64,000 nucleotides of DNA. Source: Rhodosorus marinus CCMP1338. Lineage: Eukaryota > Plantae > Rhodophyta. Positions 1 to 12,288 of this stretch are shown here, in pieces; positions within the stretch are counted from its first letter, which is position 1; each line of letters begins with the position of its first letter. The stretch spans positions 1,240,001 through 1,304,000 of the forward strand of contig JAMWBK010000009.1 of assembly GCA_029953675.1 (NCBI GenBank). The letters are read 5' to 3'. Position numbers and translations under genes: made by a program. The notes under the pieces are model-generated. The model was not told the DNA's origin and made no database searches. It saw only the letters and a program-made list of their open reading frames with translations.

Positions 1-80
1 AAAGTTCAACTCGAATATCGTTTTTGGGGAAATGAGGAGTTGTTGGTCTATTTACAACGGGAAGACGCTAGGGCCGAGAC

Positions 81-1254
81 TTAGTCTAGAGAGTACCCCA
101 TTTTCGTGAGCACCTCTAGGGCGAGGTAAGCTGCCGCCATGTTGTTGCTCTGGAACGTTCCGGCAAGTAAGAGTTCCTTCACTTCTCGAATGGGGACTCC
201 CCTTTCGACATGGAGGTCTACTTCTTCGGAATCACGTTCGTTCGGATTTTCGTCCTCCTCCTCATCAACGCATAGGTACATGTAGATGCGTTCCCTTTGG
301 TACTTATCCTGCATGTTTTGCAAACATTGTCTGGGCGCTTCAGTGGGATAGTCCAGCAGCCACTGCAAGTTCTAGACAGCTGCGACCAACGGCGTGAACT
401 AAGCTTTCTTCGTGGGGGTAGGTAATAACCTGCGTTTCATATTTGTAAGATACAGAAACCTTCGGCCAAGTCTCCTGTCCATTCTGAAACAGCAGTATCT
501 CACCACGAAGATAGAAGGCTCCGCCATTGGCCTCAGCACTGAGGAGTTTAAAGAACATGGTCTCGTTTTAAGGGGCTTGTTACCCTACCTGTGGAACACC
601 ATTTGTAGCTGAAGGGCTCAACATGTCAATCAAGTTGTTGCACGTGAGCTCCGCTTCCTCATCCAGTTCCTGCCTAGCAGCGTCCAACGGTGACTTGTGT
701 TTGCTGGCTGAGACCATTCCAGTTGGAAAACCGTACACAAACCGGTCATGCGCTGGATTGTATTCTTTAATCAGCGTCATTGTCCGCGTACGTGTTTCGT
801 ACGGTACAATAATGACGACTGAAAATGTATTAGTTTTCCAGTTTCGGCCCCAGCTAGATATCCCGGGTTTCATGAGCGTGTGAGAATACATCAAAAGGTA
901 TAGTCAGTCGAGCACCCTGGCTCGATACCAGAGTCGAGAGGGTTTTAAAAAGGAGGCTTACATATCGTAGGCGAACTTCTCTCCATTAGGATACTCCACA
1001 ACCCTATCATAAACTCGGGCGTACCTCTCGTAGACTGGGGAATCTGTAATGATTCTGTAGCTCTCAGCATGGTCGATCAACTCCTTCAGTCTCCGCTCAG
1101 TGGCCTTCGCAGTCTCAATAGATATCCCTACCTTACGCTGCTGATACATAAACACGACCAGAACGAGCAAGGACAAGCACCCAGCGGCTACCAAATAGGC
1201 GCTTCTCCCTTGAACCAGCTTCATCACAACTCTCAACCAGATGAGGATTACCAA
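81..1254 (-). CDS. NUDIX hydrolase with N-terminal transmembrane anchor; 3 exons (approx. 1254-962, 853-589, 308-81)
   Basis: Three ORF fragments join in frame through GT-AG introns (YDI|WGRNWK; GVPQ|DKYQRE). Variant Nudix box GMVSASKHKSPLDAARQELDEEAEL. Hydrophobic stretch AYLVAAGCLSLLVLVVFMY near the N-terminus. Confidence 0.85.
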
Positions 1255-3917
1255 GCTGGATTTCTATCCAGATTCATGAAGAATCATCTTCAAAATTCCT
1301 ATTAGTGAAAATATTAAAGCAGACTGATTTTGCACAAGCGAAGTTTCGCTCGTCTCCTTGTTCCCGGTCCACAACGCTGAAGCCACCTCACCCAATTGCT
1401 TAACAAAAAGCGTTCAATCTCAACCAGTCAAATCAAACCTTTCCAGACGACTCTAAAATCCCGTGTTGTTTAGCATTAATCTAAATTGTACAAACAAACG
1501 AATATGTAAATCAGCAAAATAGTGGAAATCCAACTTGTCTATAAATAACAATTAGGCATGGGTTGAGAAAAATTCATAATCGAGAGCGGAAGGGTTTGAG
1601 GAGGCCTCTTGGCGAAGCTTCTCTGAACAGTCGAGTTGATGGATTGATAGCAGCTCTGAATATCCCTAGGCTGAACAAATTGCGACCCCGCTTGACTCCA
1701 GTTGTGCCTGTACAGGTTCCACGATGAATAATGTACATCGCAACGTGGAGAACGGATGGCACTGATGACAAGCTGGCACAGGAGTCTTCTGTTGTTGTAG
1801 AACCCTGGTTTCTTCAAGGTCTCCACCGCGTCACTATCCCCCTCCCATGAAGGGCTCGACAATGTCGTTTGAAGCATCAAAATCACTTGGAAACAGATTG
1901 ACAGGGGGAGGGGGGGGGGGTTCAACTCCCAATGTCTTAGCTCCGATGAAGACGCATCTCTCCAAGAGTCATCTGTTCACCGAGATCGGTACTCGTTTGT
2001 TAGCCTTCGACGCGGCACCCGGCGGTCATGGATCGATACCAACTTCACATTCTCAACAATGGACTTCTCTCACCAGATAACTCCCCATTTAGCTTCTTCC
2101 GTAAAATCTTTGAAACACTCCTTCTCTGAGCATCACCAGCTATTCGTAATTGTCAAATCTTGTTCCTAGGGTTTTCGTACATTTCCTTGAATTCAAAATT
2201 TTAATCTAAGCTTTTCATTAAAAGGAGCTTTTAATTGGTTAACGATTGACAGCCAATCAAACAACGCCAATTGAACGTATTCATTTGTTTTGTGTGCATT
2301 TCAAGGTATTTATTTAGAACAGAAAATCCAATTTATGGCTCCCGTCACAGTCGTTTCCCTAAATTATTTTTCTTATTGAAAATTTTCAATATTTTCCCTA
2401 CAAAGCAACGATAAGCTCCAATTTATGGCGCAATAGCCAAGACTTGGCATACTGGAAAATTCTTCTTTCAAGATTGTTTTTCATCTTATGATCTTACGAA
2501 AGCAATCAGATGAACCAGAATTATGAGCTATCTAAACATTACCAAAAATAAAGAATGTACTTTCCTTGAGCTTTCAAAACAAAACCAAAAGAACTCCGTT
2601 GGCGTTTCAGAATTCGTTGATTTTCGCAAGTTTTTGGAATGTCCTCTCCCTCCCCCCCCCAAGTTTGCATTTTAAGGGCAAATCCGCTTTTTTTGACCGT
2701 TGAGATCTGCATGTCTCTGTGTGATCTGCTTTTAAACAAAGAGCGTAATGAAAAAGACAATTCAGATCGCGGCGGGAGTTGAAGGTTTTCCGGGTACGGG
2801 GCCAGGAATCAGTACGTCGGGGCGTGAGAGTAGTGTTCACTACCATCGTCTCCGGAGAATGGGCTCGGTGGGCAGAGCCCCTGAGACGTTAAGAAAATTT
2901 GGAGTGGTGTGTTTGGTGAAGTCTGCTCCCGATGACAGCTCCAATTGAGGAGGGTTTTCTGTTTAAAGAGTCAAGAAGATCTAACCCCAGACGAACGTCT
3001 AACATGTGGATTCATCGATCGATCATGTTCGGGGCCGTAGGTCTCATCGCAACTCCTGTTCGCCCAGCACCGGTTCAGGTGTCAGAAAATGAATCGAACA
3101 GCGTGCTGTTTATGCACTGTGCCCACAAGGCCTAAGCCTCTTCAGCCACCCCAAAACAACGATGCTGGATAGTCAAGAGACCCATCATAAGAGAACAGCA
3201 CATCCACAAACGCGATCGCACAAGTTCCAAGAACGAGATCAAAGCCTTCGCCTCCAGCCAGGGCTGCACATACGATTTTTGGAGAGGAGGATCAATTTCA
3301 ACATGTTGGGCTTCTGTTGCTCTGGAACCCAAAAAGAGCAGAGGACTACTGGACTTTACTAGCATAGCCTGAAGCGCTACGCAAGGCGTGAAGATGAACT
3401 AATAACTAGGGAGGGAAACGTCTTCCAGTTAACCAATAAGAGAAGCAAAAAAAATGTCCAAACTATTCCATCCATAGACCAAAAAACCGAATGCAAATCC
3501 CAACTCCGCTACCTCTCTACTCCCCCCCCCCCCTGTGCCCCAACCAGTGTTTGCAGTCCTATACAATTCTTAATATTTTCAAAAGACGAATTTTTGTTTT
3601 AACGGATAGTTGTGGATTTATGTATATTTTCTTAGATTCTGATTGGGCCTTTTGCTGAACGCTGGCTGGATTTTAGGAAAAGAGCTCAGTTTGGATATAA
3701 GAAGAAAGGAGATTTTGATTGAAAAAAGCGGGAGAGAGTCAATGGAGCAGAGGGGGGGGAGATAGGAGGGAGAGATGTTTTTGGTTTGTTTTTATTTTAA
3801 CTTTTGATTGAAAAATATCATTGAGGAGCTTTTTGAAAGGATGGATTTTACCAATACACTCTCAATCAAATGATTGGTAATTGCTTTCTGATTAAGTAGA
3901 GAGATAGAGAGAGAGGA

Positions 3918-3923
<6 letters not shown>

Positions 3924-3956
<33 letters not shown>
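3924..3956. repeat. (GA)n microsatellite, about 16 units, in the G/T-rich leader of the beta-amylase gene
   Basis: Uninterrupted AG dinucleotide run, preceded by degenerate GA repeats from ~3901. Confidence 0.95.
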
Positions 3957-3959
<3 letters not shown>

Positions 3960-4234
3960 TAGGTTTTTTCTTGTTTTTGTTTTTGGTTCGTTGGTGTTTT
4001 AATCAATGGATTGATGTATAGTGTGAAGGATTATTATTGTTTGTTTCTTGTTGTTTGATGAATAGGTATAAGGGAGAGGCATAGAAGTTTTGTAGGATTT
4101 AGATTTGTGTTGTGGTTTGCGGGTGGGGGGATAGGGAGGGTTGATTGATTTATGAGGGAAGGGGATGTGTTGGATGTGTTGTTTCTGATTTTGGGGTGTG
4201 TGAGCTTTTTTTTTTGTGGAGGTGGCGGGACACA

Positions 4235-6341
4235 ATGAGGTGGGCGGTGTTGGGGAGTGCGGCTGTTGCTGCGGGGCTGGGAGCTTTGGGATGGTTCAAG
4301 TTTATTAGAGACGATGAACACGTTATGAAGACTGTGGACGTGTATGTTATGCTTCAATTGAACGCCGCCGAAATTCCTATAGATCAGCTGTGTAAGCAGA
4401 TGAAGCAGCTGAAGGATGTAGGGGTGAAAGGCGTGATGATGGACTTTTGGTGGTCAAGGGTAAGACCCCCGTTTCCAGCAAGTTCCAAAGAATTAGATTC
4501 CGTGACCCTTCCCGTTCTTCTTGCTTGCAAGCTTCTCGTTCACGATGCACTTCCCAACGTTTTCACGTTGGTCGCCTTGCAAGCTGAATAACTCTCCCCA
4601 ATTCCTGGACTTATACCTAGACTTGCCCATTCTGGAAATCGCTGAAAGGTTTCTTTGGTTGTTTTCTTCTTCTTTTCTACAACGTCTTCCGAAGGTCGAG
4701 AAAGAGCCTGGGTACTACGACTGGTCTGACTATGAGAAAATTGTCCTACTGGCGAAAGAACTTGGCCTGAGAATGCAGTGCGTGATGGCCTTTCACACGT
4801 GCGGGGAGGCAGACGGAGACAACTTTGTGGTAAAGCTTCCGTACTGGGTTATCGAAGCCGCGAAACGTATCCCTGGGGTCTTTTATGAAGATGAATTTGG
4901 AGTGGTATGTACTGTCTAGTCTGTATATAGCTTTCCGACCGTTTCTGATGAGATCCTGATCACCAACTGCTTGTCGAAAACGATCTGCAGAAGTCTGAGG
5001 AATACATTTCAATAGGGGCGGACCTCGAAAGGATTCTTCCCGGGCGAAGTTTGGTCAAGAGAACACCGATTGAGGCCTACTCGGGCTTTTTCAAGGACTT
5101 TAAAAGGCACTTCAAGTCCTATTTGGGTTCCACCATTACTGAAGTGCAGGTACTCTCGCCGTCGTTCTCATGTGCTGAGCATTTGATCATTGCATATGTA
5201 CACCCCTAACCAAACTTGTCCTCACCCTTGTGAAAGGTCGGATTGGGACCCTGCGGTGAGCTCCGATACCCTGGCTACGCGCTTTCGAAGTGGACATTCC
5301 CCGGAATTGGAGCATTTCAATGCTACGATCCCTTCCTACTCGGCGACTATCAGAGATATGCGAGACAGAAGGGAATTGAAAACACAGTTCCCCCAACCAA
5401 AGGGACATGCGGATCGTACAATTCTACTCCAGAGGAAACAGAGTTTTTCAAGACAGACGGTTTGTACGCAACGTCCGAGGGTCAGATTTTCTTGGAATGG
5501 TATTTTTCGAGGTTGGCCGAACACGGAGACAGGGTAAGCAGACCAGTAACTCTGGAGAATCCCCCGGCATATCTCCATTTCCTCGTAAGGGAGTTTCACA
5601 AGCCGCGAGGGTACAAGCTAACCGGTCAACTTTTGCCCGTTGCGTGCCTGGAATGCGTCAATAGCTCTTGGAGGGGGCAAGAACTGTTTTCGGACCGGAG
5701 ATTACTCTTTCTTGTAAAGTTGCTGGAGTCCACTGGTGTTACAACACCGCAAGCCGGGCGGCGGAGGCAACCTCTGGATACTATCACGCGAACGGATTTG
5801 ATTGCTATGGTAGCTATTCCTCGCAGCAATGTTGCAGTGGCGGGACGATGAATTCTGAAAAGCCCTTGTTTCACTCTTTGTTCAGGAAAACTTTCTGCTA
5901 TGTTAAAAAAACACAACGCAACATTTCTTTTCACATGTATGGAGAAGAAAGACAAGGACGAACCATCCGAAGGGCGTTGTTCACCGCAATCGCTCGTTCG
6001 TGAGACAGCCCGATCTGCGTCACTCAACGGTATGAGATGAGCACTTTCAAGTATGGTACTTAAAAATGATTTGTGCAGCAGTCGCTGACGACGTGGACGT
6101 CGTCAACACTTTGATGCTGAGCTTAGGCGTAAAATATGGCGGCGAAAACGCCTTGGAATTCAAGAAGTGGAGCTTTTACAGGCAAATTGTTAAGACGGCT
6201 GCACAATGCCAGACTTTGTACCCGGACTTGCACTACGAGTGTTTAACCTTGCTGCGCCTGGACGAGACGTTGATGAAGCCTTCTCATATCAATCATCTGG
6301 AGCAATTCATAGAACGAATGACCATGAATGAAAGCGGCTGA
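4235..6341 (+). CDS. Beta-amylase (GH14), multi-exon
   Basis: GH14 motifs across successive exons: GVKGVMMDFWW, YDWSDY, VMAFHTCG, RTPIEAYSGFF, VGLGPCGELRYP (catalytic Glu), GAFQCYD, KVAGVHW, AAEATSGYYH, GGENAL (second catalytic Glu). GT-AG introns, e.g. donor at 4460. Confidence 0.92.
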
Positions 6342-6856
6342 CTTCCTCAGCCTGCTTTTTGATTTCCGTTTTTTTTCCTTTTTTGTTTCGGGTGAGGGGA
6401 CATTCGCTAGTGCTTTGATGGTTTCGATTCTTTGGTCGGGGTCTTCTCAGTCGCTTGAGCAACTAGAGTGGGAAATGTCGCCCAGACTGGGCGCTTGGGG
6501 AGGAAAGCTGAGGTGGCGGGGAGTAGGGGGTACCTTCTCCTCTGTATCGCACTGGAGGCATTGGAGCGAATCGCGCTTCGAAGAGATAGAAGCAATGTAA
6601 TTTATTAAACTTCGGGAATGTTTTAAATCTTTTTACAATTTTTTTTTACTATATAACATTATCACTATTTCTTTTTTCTCTACCATAAGCAAAACAACGT
6701 CCTCTTCGATTGACATTCCAGAGCCAGCTACACAGCACAGCGCTCGGGCTGCGCACCAACTCTCCAACCTGGCATTCCTCTTCCAAATGTGCTGCGGCAA
6801 TATTATGTACTTAGAGCTGCTGACTCCCCCTCCGGATATACTTCTGCCAGCCATCT

Positions 6857-8986
6857 TCAAGCCCGAGCTGGACTGGAAAACTGCCAGGACAAGTTATCTG
6901 CAGTAACGTCGTCCCCATGGCGCCTAAGCTCGGTCACCAACGACCTCCCCAAGTGAGTAAGTTTCTGCACCATTTCGCTGTTCATCTTGTAGAAGACGTC
7001 CACAGCAGACCGCAGTTGACCGCCTCTAGTGCAGCACTCAATAATGGCACTGTAGGTTGTGACGTCCAATTCGATATCAGCCCCATAGACAAGGTACGTC
7101 TCGAACAGCTTCGTCGCTCCATGTGGATCCAAAGCACGTAAACAACCGCACGCCATCGAATTGTATGACACTTTCGTCGGTTGCAGTCCGGACTGAATCA
7201 TCTCATCAAACATGTCCCAGGCCTCATCGTACCTCTCCGCCTTCTTGAGGGCTTCAATAATCGTGTTGTACGTGACTTGGTCGGGAACCACGCGGAATTT
7301 TGTTTCAAAGTAGGAGATGAGCTCAAAAGCGCGTGACATATCCCCCACACGGCAGAACGCATGGACAAGCGTGTTCAAGGTGTAGCAGTCCGGGACAACA
7401 GCATCCTCCTCAAGGTTTTGCAGCAACTTCATCGCCATGTCGGTCCTCCCCGCGCGTCCCCAAGCATCAATCAGGGCATTGTATGTCACGGCGCACGGTT
7501 GTACATTCTCAGCTTTCAGTCTTCTGTACACTTCCATTGCACGAGAGGCATCCTTGGCCTTGCTGCAAGCATCAATGAGGGTATTGTACGTGTGCAGGTC
7601 CGGGGAGTATCCAAACTCGTCGATCATCAGATTCAACGCTTTGAAGGCACCGTTTATGTCCCGAGAACGACCACAAGCGGAAATCAGGGCGTTGAAGGTC
7701 ACAGTGTCGGGTTGTAGTCCCGACTCGAGCAAGTTGTAATAGCAGTCGAAGGCTCGGTCGGACATTCTCGCCCTTCCACACGCATCGATCAAAGTATTGA
7801 ACGCGTAAAGATCAGGTTTGATTTGGTTCTTCCGCATCTCTTGTAGTACCTGGAAAGCACTGTTTAGCTTCACTGACTTGCTGCAAGCGTCAATAAGACT
7901 GGCATAACAGACCCTATTGGGCTCAATCCCCTCTTCGCGCATCCTAGCAAAGTAGCTGAACGCACGATCGACCTCGCGCAACTTCGAGCAGGCATTTATT
8001 AGCGTGCCGTAGGTCACGATATCTGGTCGAGTCCCCTTTGTCCGCATTTCCGATTCCAGTTTCAGTGCCTGGCGGAGGCGCCCTGCCTTTACGTACGCTT
8101 TCATGAGCGCGTTATATGCGACAACGTTCGGTGAGATACCGTTGGCTCCCATCTTTCTAAACAGTGCCTCTGCATCGTTTGCGAGCCCCATTTTTCCCAG
8201 TGCTTCAACGAGGACAGAGTATGCGAAGGCATTCGGACGCACGCCTTCCTCCAACATCCTGTTGAAATGTTTCATAGCTGCGTCCGTCTTCCGTAAACGA
8301 CCACACACAGACATAATGATAGTATACGACGCCACGTCTCGGTCGCTTATCGCATCAAAGGTTTTTTCAGCTTCTGAGAGCATGTTGGCTTTGCTCAAAG
8401 CATCCAAAACCATGTTACCACATCTTGCCGGAGCACTCTCCTCGCGAACTATTTCCGCTGCTTCCCGAATTTTCCTTTGTCCCAAAAGTTTTTGAACCCT
8501 CTTCTCAACGTCGGGGCGGGGTGGGACGGTGAGTTCCTCTATGGCGAAATCACTTGAAGAATCGCTCCCAGGGCCACCCGAAAAACTAGTGGTGAGGGTT
8601 CGCTCTTCCAACTGCAAGGGGCCACGATATGCCCCAAAGACTACACGATCAAACGACAAAAAGAGCAAAAATATTGTAAGCAGGCAACTTGGAAACGTTG
8701 TTTGAGTTGACATTTTTCACTTACGGAACTGATTGGTTGATGTTCCTTCAGAATACCACAGTGATGGATCTAATCTGTCCGGGAACCTCTCTGCGGGTCC
8801 CCTATTCCAAGCCGCCTTCGCAGCCTCTGCGGTGCGATCAATTAACCCAGCGGTTGCTGTCGAGTTCAGCATCCGCACACTTTGGCCAACGGCCAATTCC
8901 GGCGGCGGCTTCGTCTTTCTCTTCGACCTCCTCGAAGGCAGTGTTCCGACTGCCCCGCGAGGTGGGGGCAAAAAGGTTAGAGCCAT
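6857..8986 (-). CDS. P-class pentatricopeptide repeat protein, probably organelle-targeted; 2 exons (8986-8725, 8640-6857)
   Basis: More than 10 tandem 35-aa PPR motifs (e.g. PNVVAYNALMKAYVKAG, PDIVTYGTLINACSK). Upstream ORF MALTFLPPP joins in frame through an 84-nt GTAAG...TGTAG intron. Confidence 0.93.
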
Positions 8987-10509
8987 ACTTCAAAATAAAA
9001 ACGAACAACAACCGTGACCCCGTCCGTCTTCCCCTTAAAAACTACCACGCTCTCCCCAACCAGAAGAATTCACCTTCGTCCCTATTCGCATACAAAGGTG
9101 TTCTTCCAGTTCCTCTCTTGCCTCTACCCCACGCTGCAGCGCCACCCACTGTAGAGCTCCTCTACATCAAACGCATATTTATATACCCAACAACCCACCC
9201 GCCTCCTAGCAGAAAGTCCACTCAGCTCCCCAACCGTGAAAACCCTTGGGAGCAAAAAAAAGGATATTCTAGAGCGCGTTCCTCAGATATAAGCAAAGCC
9301 AGCTCACTTGCTCCCAAAAACAAGTATTTTCATTTTCTGTCAGAAGACAGCATTCAACCATATCTAAATCATAGACAATATCTAGAAATAGAACATGACG
9401 CCTTCTCGGAGAGCCAGAGAGTCCCCCAACGTTTGGTCAACGTTTGGAGGGGGATTTTGGTTGGGCAGCAACGTTCCTCATGATTTGGATGAAATATGTG
9501 TTTCATGAAAGAAATTATTTGGCCAAGCATTTTGTGTCCAAAAGGCCAAAACTCTTGTTTATTGGCTTTTTCGAGAAGCCTCGAAATTGAAATCGGAGAT
9601 TGCTTTCTTGCAAAAACGAAAGAGAAGAAACAAATCTGAGAGCGTCTCTTTTTGTTTTTTTACGAACAAAATTAAGGGGGCGTTTTGAGCATGGTTGTTC
9701 TCCGTGAATATAGTTTCAACTTAATATCGTCTAGGTGTTGGTCTATGAAGCAAAACTGTTGGCTAGATGATATCACGAATGCAAAGTTGGAGGAGAACAA
9801 TTGGATCATTAATATTGAAAAATAACTATTTATCTTTAGAGTTTGGTTTCAAAGGTATCTTCTGGATATTGAAAATACATTGAAAAAAGAAGCGTCATAT
9901 CTCAAAACATGCCCTCATCCCCCCTTTCGCATGTAAGGGTCACGTGATGATTGGATACTGAAAATCCGTCAATGCAAGACAAAAAGCTGGAATTCTAGTA
10001 TTTTTATCAAAAGATATTTTTTTCCCCAGTGAAATCCATTCCTGGCCATGTTCCCTCTTTTTCCCCTCTTTCGTGGGCCCCTAAAATTCAGAAAATTTGT
10101 TTTCGGCCTTCGCTTTTTTTTTTTTTCCCGCAATATGTCCGGCCGGGGTCCTAGAGCAGTTCCCGTTCACATCTTTCTGAAGCAATGGGTGCGATAGAAT
10201 GAAATATACCATTTTATTTTTATTTTTCATACAAATACGAACAAGCGATATCCTGATTCGCGAGATTTCGATCCTCGCTCTTCCATTTTTGCCTCCCAAA
10301 AGAATGGATCGATGCAAAGGTCGGCTACCTAGAATAGTCTTAAATACGTATTTTATGACGATGAACTTCTTCGCTCATCAGCAATCGTATAATTCTGGCT
10401 CCAAATAGTTCTAGATTTGGAGTCTTATCGTTCAGAGATAGGTGCAATCATCGGGGATCGAATATTGATCTGGAATATTGATCTTTGGCCAATGGGCTGG
10501 AAGATGCAT

Positions 10510-10607
10510 TTTCAGTGGCTTGGAGCTAAAGCACATTGCTTTTTCTTGATGCGGCAGTTGACGTTTCAGTGGCTTGGAGCTAAAGCACATTGCTTTTTCT
10601 TGATGCG
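10510..10607. repeat. Tandem duplication: two identical 44-bp copies, period 54 bp
   Basis: tttcagtggcttggagctaaagcacattgctttttcttgatgcg at 10510-10553 and 10564-10607. Confidence 0.95.
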
Positions 10608-11149
10608 TCAAATGCCTATCAGGACGTAGGAGCCAGGTGACAGTTAAGCACTAGACTTTTCATGTCCATCCAATCGTTTAATTGTTCTTTTTGAACTTGA
10701 TAGCTTGAATTCGATTGCCGAGCAGATTCCGTCATATGGTTTTTATGTCACCTATTGGTGTTGATACCCGTGTAGTTGATAGGGAGGGAACTTTTTTTGT
10801 TTTGGGGAGAGGCGAAAGAAATTGAGGAAAACATGGCTGACAGCGGAGGATAATTTTTTCTTTCCTCTTCATAGCTTGGCTGTGTCGCATTCATGTGCGG
10901 ATTTCAGTGCTCTTCACTCGGTGGAAGATGAGACATAGGCTTTGACTGCTTCTCCCAGTGTGCATATGCCCAGGACTTCTGAACCATAGATGGGGTATTA
11001 GCAGAAATCGAACGAATAACTTCGCCCTATCACTGCTTCTCGTATCTTTCATGATTGATCTGCGGTTTGCTGGCAGGATTTGCATTCCCTTTTCGTGTCC
11101 TTGAGCGGGAGACCTTTTTACGATTCTACTTTGTCCTCCTGTTAGCTAT

Positions 11150-11900
11150 CAATGAATTTATTCAGAGCCTATCTACGCTGATCACGCGCGTCCAACAACA
11201 AAGCGGTGTTCGAACGCCAGCGAGTCAGAGACAGCCCGGTGAGGAGGCTGTCAAGACGGCTGGGGGCATTGCGAAAGACACGACGAAGCGGGCGAGAAGC
11301 AACACTGTCGAAAAGACCAAAGCACTCGATGATCAGCGCTACAAACCGATGAGACAGCGACGAGTCCTGAAAGGTTGGAGGAGTCATCACCTCAGCGTAC
11401 TGAGACTCCTTCAGTCTTCGCATTGAACCAGCGGCGGCAGCACCACGACGTAATGGTTAGCTGCGCGTCGGAATGCACTTGCAGGAAGAATCTTTAGAAC
11501 CCAGAATTCCTCGTTCGTCTCAGCCAACAGGGGCAAGGCGGGTTCACAGGCAAAACACCGCTATCAATAGTCTCACGTGGTCAAGCTGTGAAGTAACCGT
11601 CCTTTAGCTGATGTATATGAATATGGGTGCCCTGCAAACAGCGTCGGCGAAGAGGCCTCAGCGAGTCCCACGGCGAGTCCCACGGCGGGGTGTACCCAAA
11701 ACAAAAACGGTTCATACCATCATCTTCAAAACCTGGTGCAGCAGTTCGTGACGACGAATTGCTTCCGGATCTACTGCATTGCGGCAATCATAGCTACCAG
11801 AGGGGACCCCACACAACCCAAGTTCGCAGTCAACAACCTTCACCTGAGCCCCATCGGCCGGTGCCCGCAAAGTGGGACAGACAAGATGTCCCACGGAATG
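11150..11900 (-). mobile_element. Degenerate 3' fragment of an RLE-type (CRE-like) non-LTR retrotransposon, relic 1
   Basis: Broken frames give a degenerate Zn-knuckle plus RH motif (LCGVPSGSYDCRN...IRRHELLHQVL), then ACEPALPLLAETNEE, then RRGAAAAGSMRRLKESQY...SSLSHRFVALIIECFGLFDS...RLDSLL. This aligns by eye with the relic at 19530-20056 and with the RLE C-terminal K-x2-K-Y / F-x-P-x3-E-x2-G pattern. Confidence 0.7.
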
Positions 11901-12288
11901 TTCCTAAGGACAGCTTGTCGTGAGTGCCCCATCGGACAGCCTGGCGTTTAAAAAGTTTTTGTTATTGAGTAATTTCAAGTGGACGACAATGGAACTTTGG
12001 AAACTCTTTGTCCAATCAGAGCGCGCGGATCAGAGTTTTGTACTAATGCATACTAGTCCTCGAATAAACTGACTTGTTAGTTATAAAATTGAGGTAATAT
12101 TCGAATAGTACGTAGTAGTACTTATTAGGGTTTTCTTGTGTGGTTGGTTTTTAGGGGTTTGGCGATACGTTGCAGATTGACATAAAAGGACTAGTGTGTG
12201 CGACGGATTGGGGGGATGTGAGGAGGTGAATCGGGGCGGTTAAGATTGAAGTAGCCGAGTGTGGTGATCCGATTTTTTGACGTTAGTT

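Noticed and set aside
8689-9483. 264-aa plus-strand ORF as an intact gene
   Set aside because: The first half is antisense to PPR exon 1 and the middle is a low-complexity C-rich leader; only the 3' part is kept as a possible relic.
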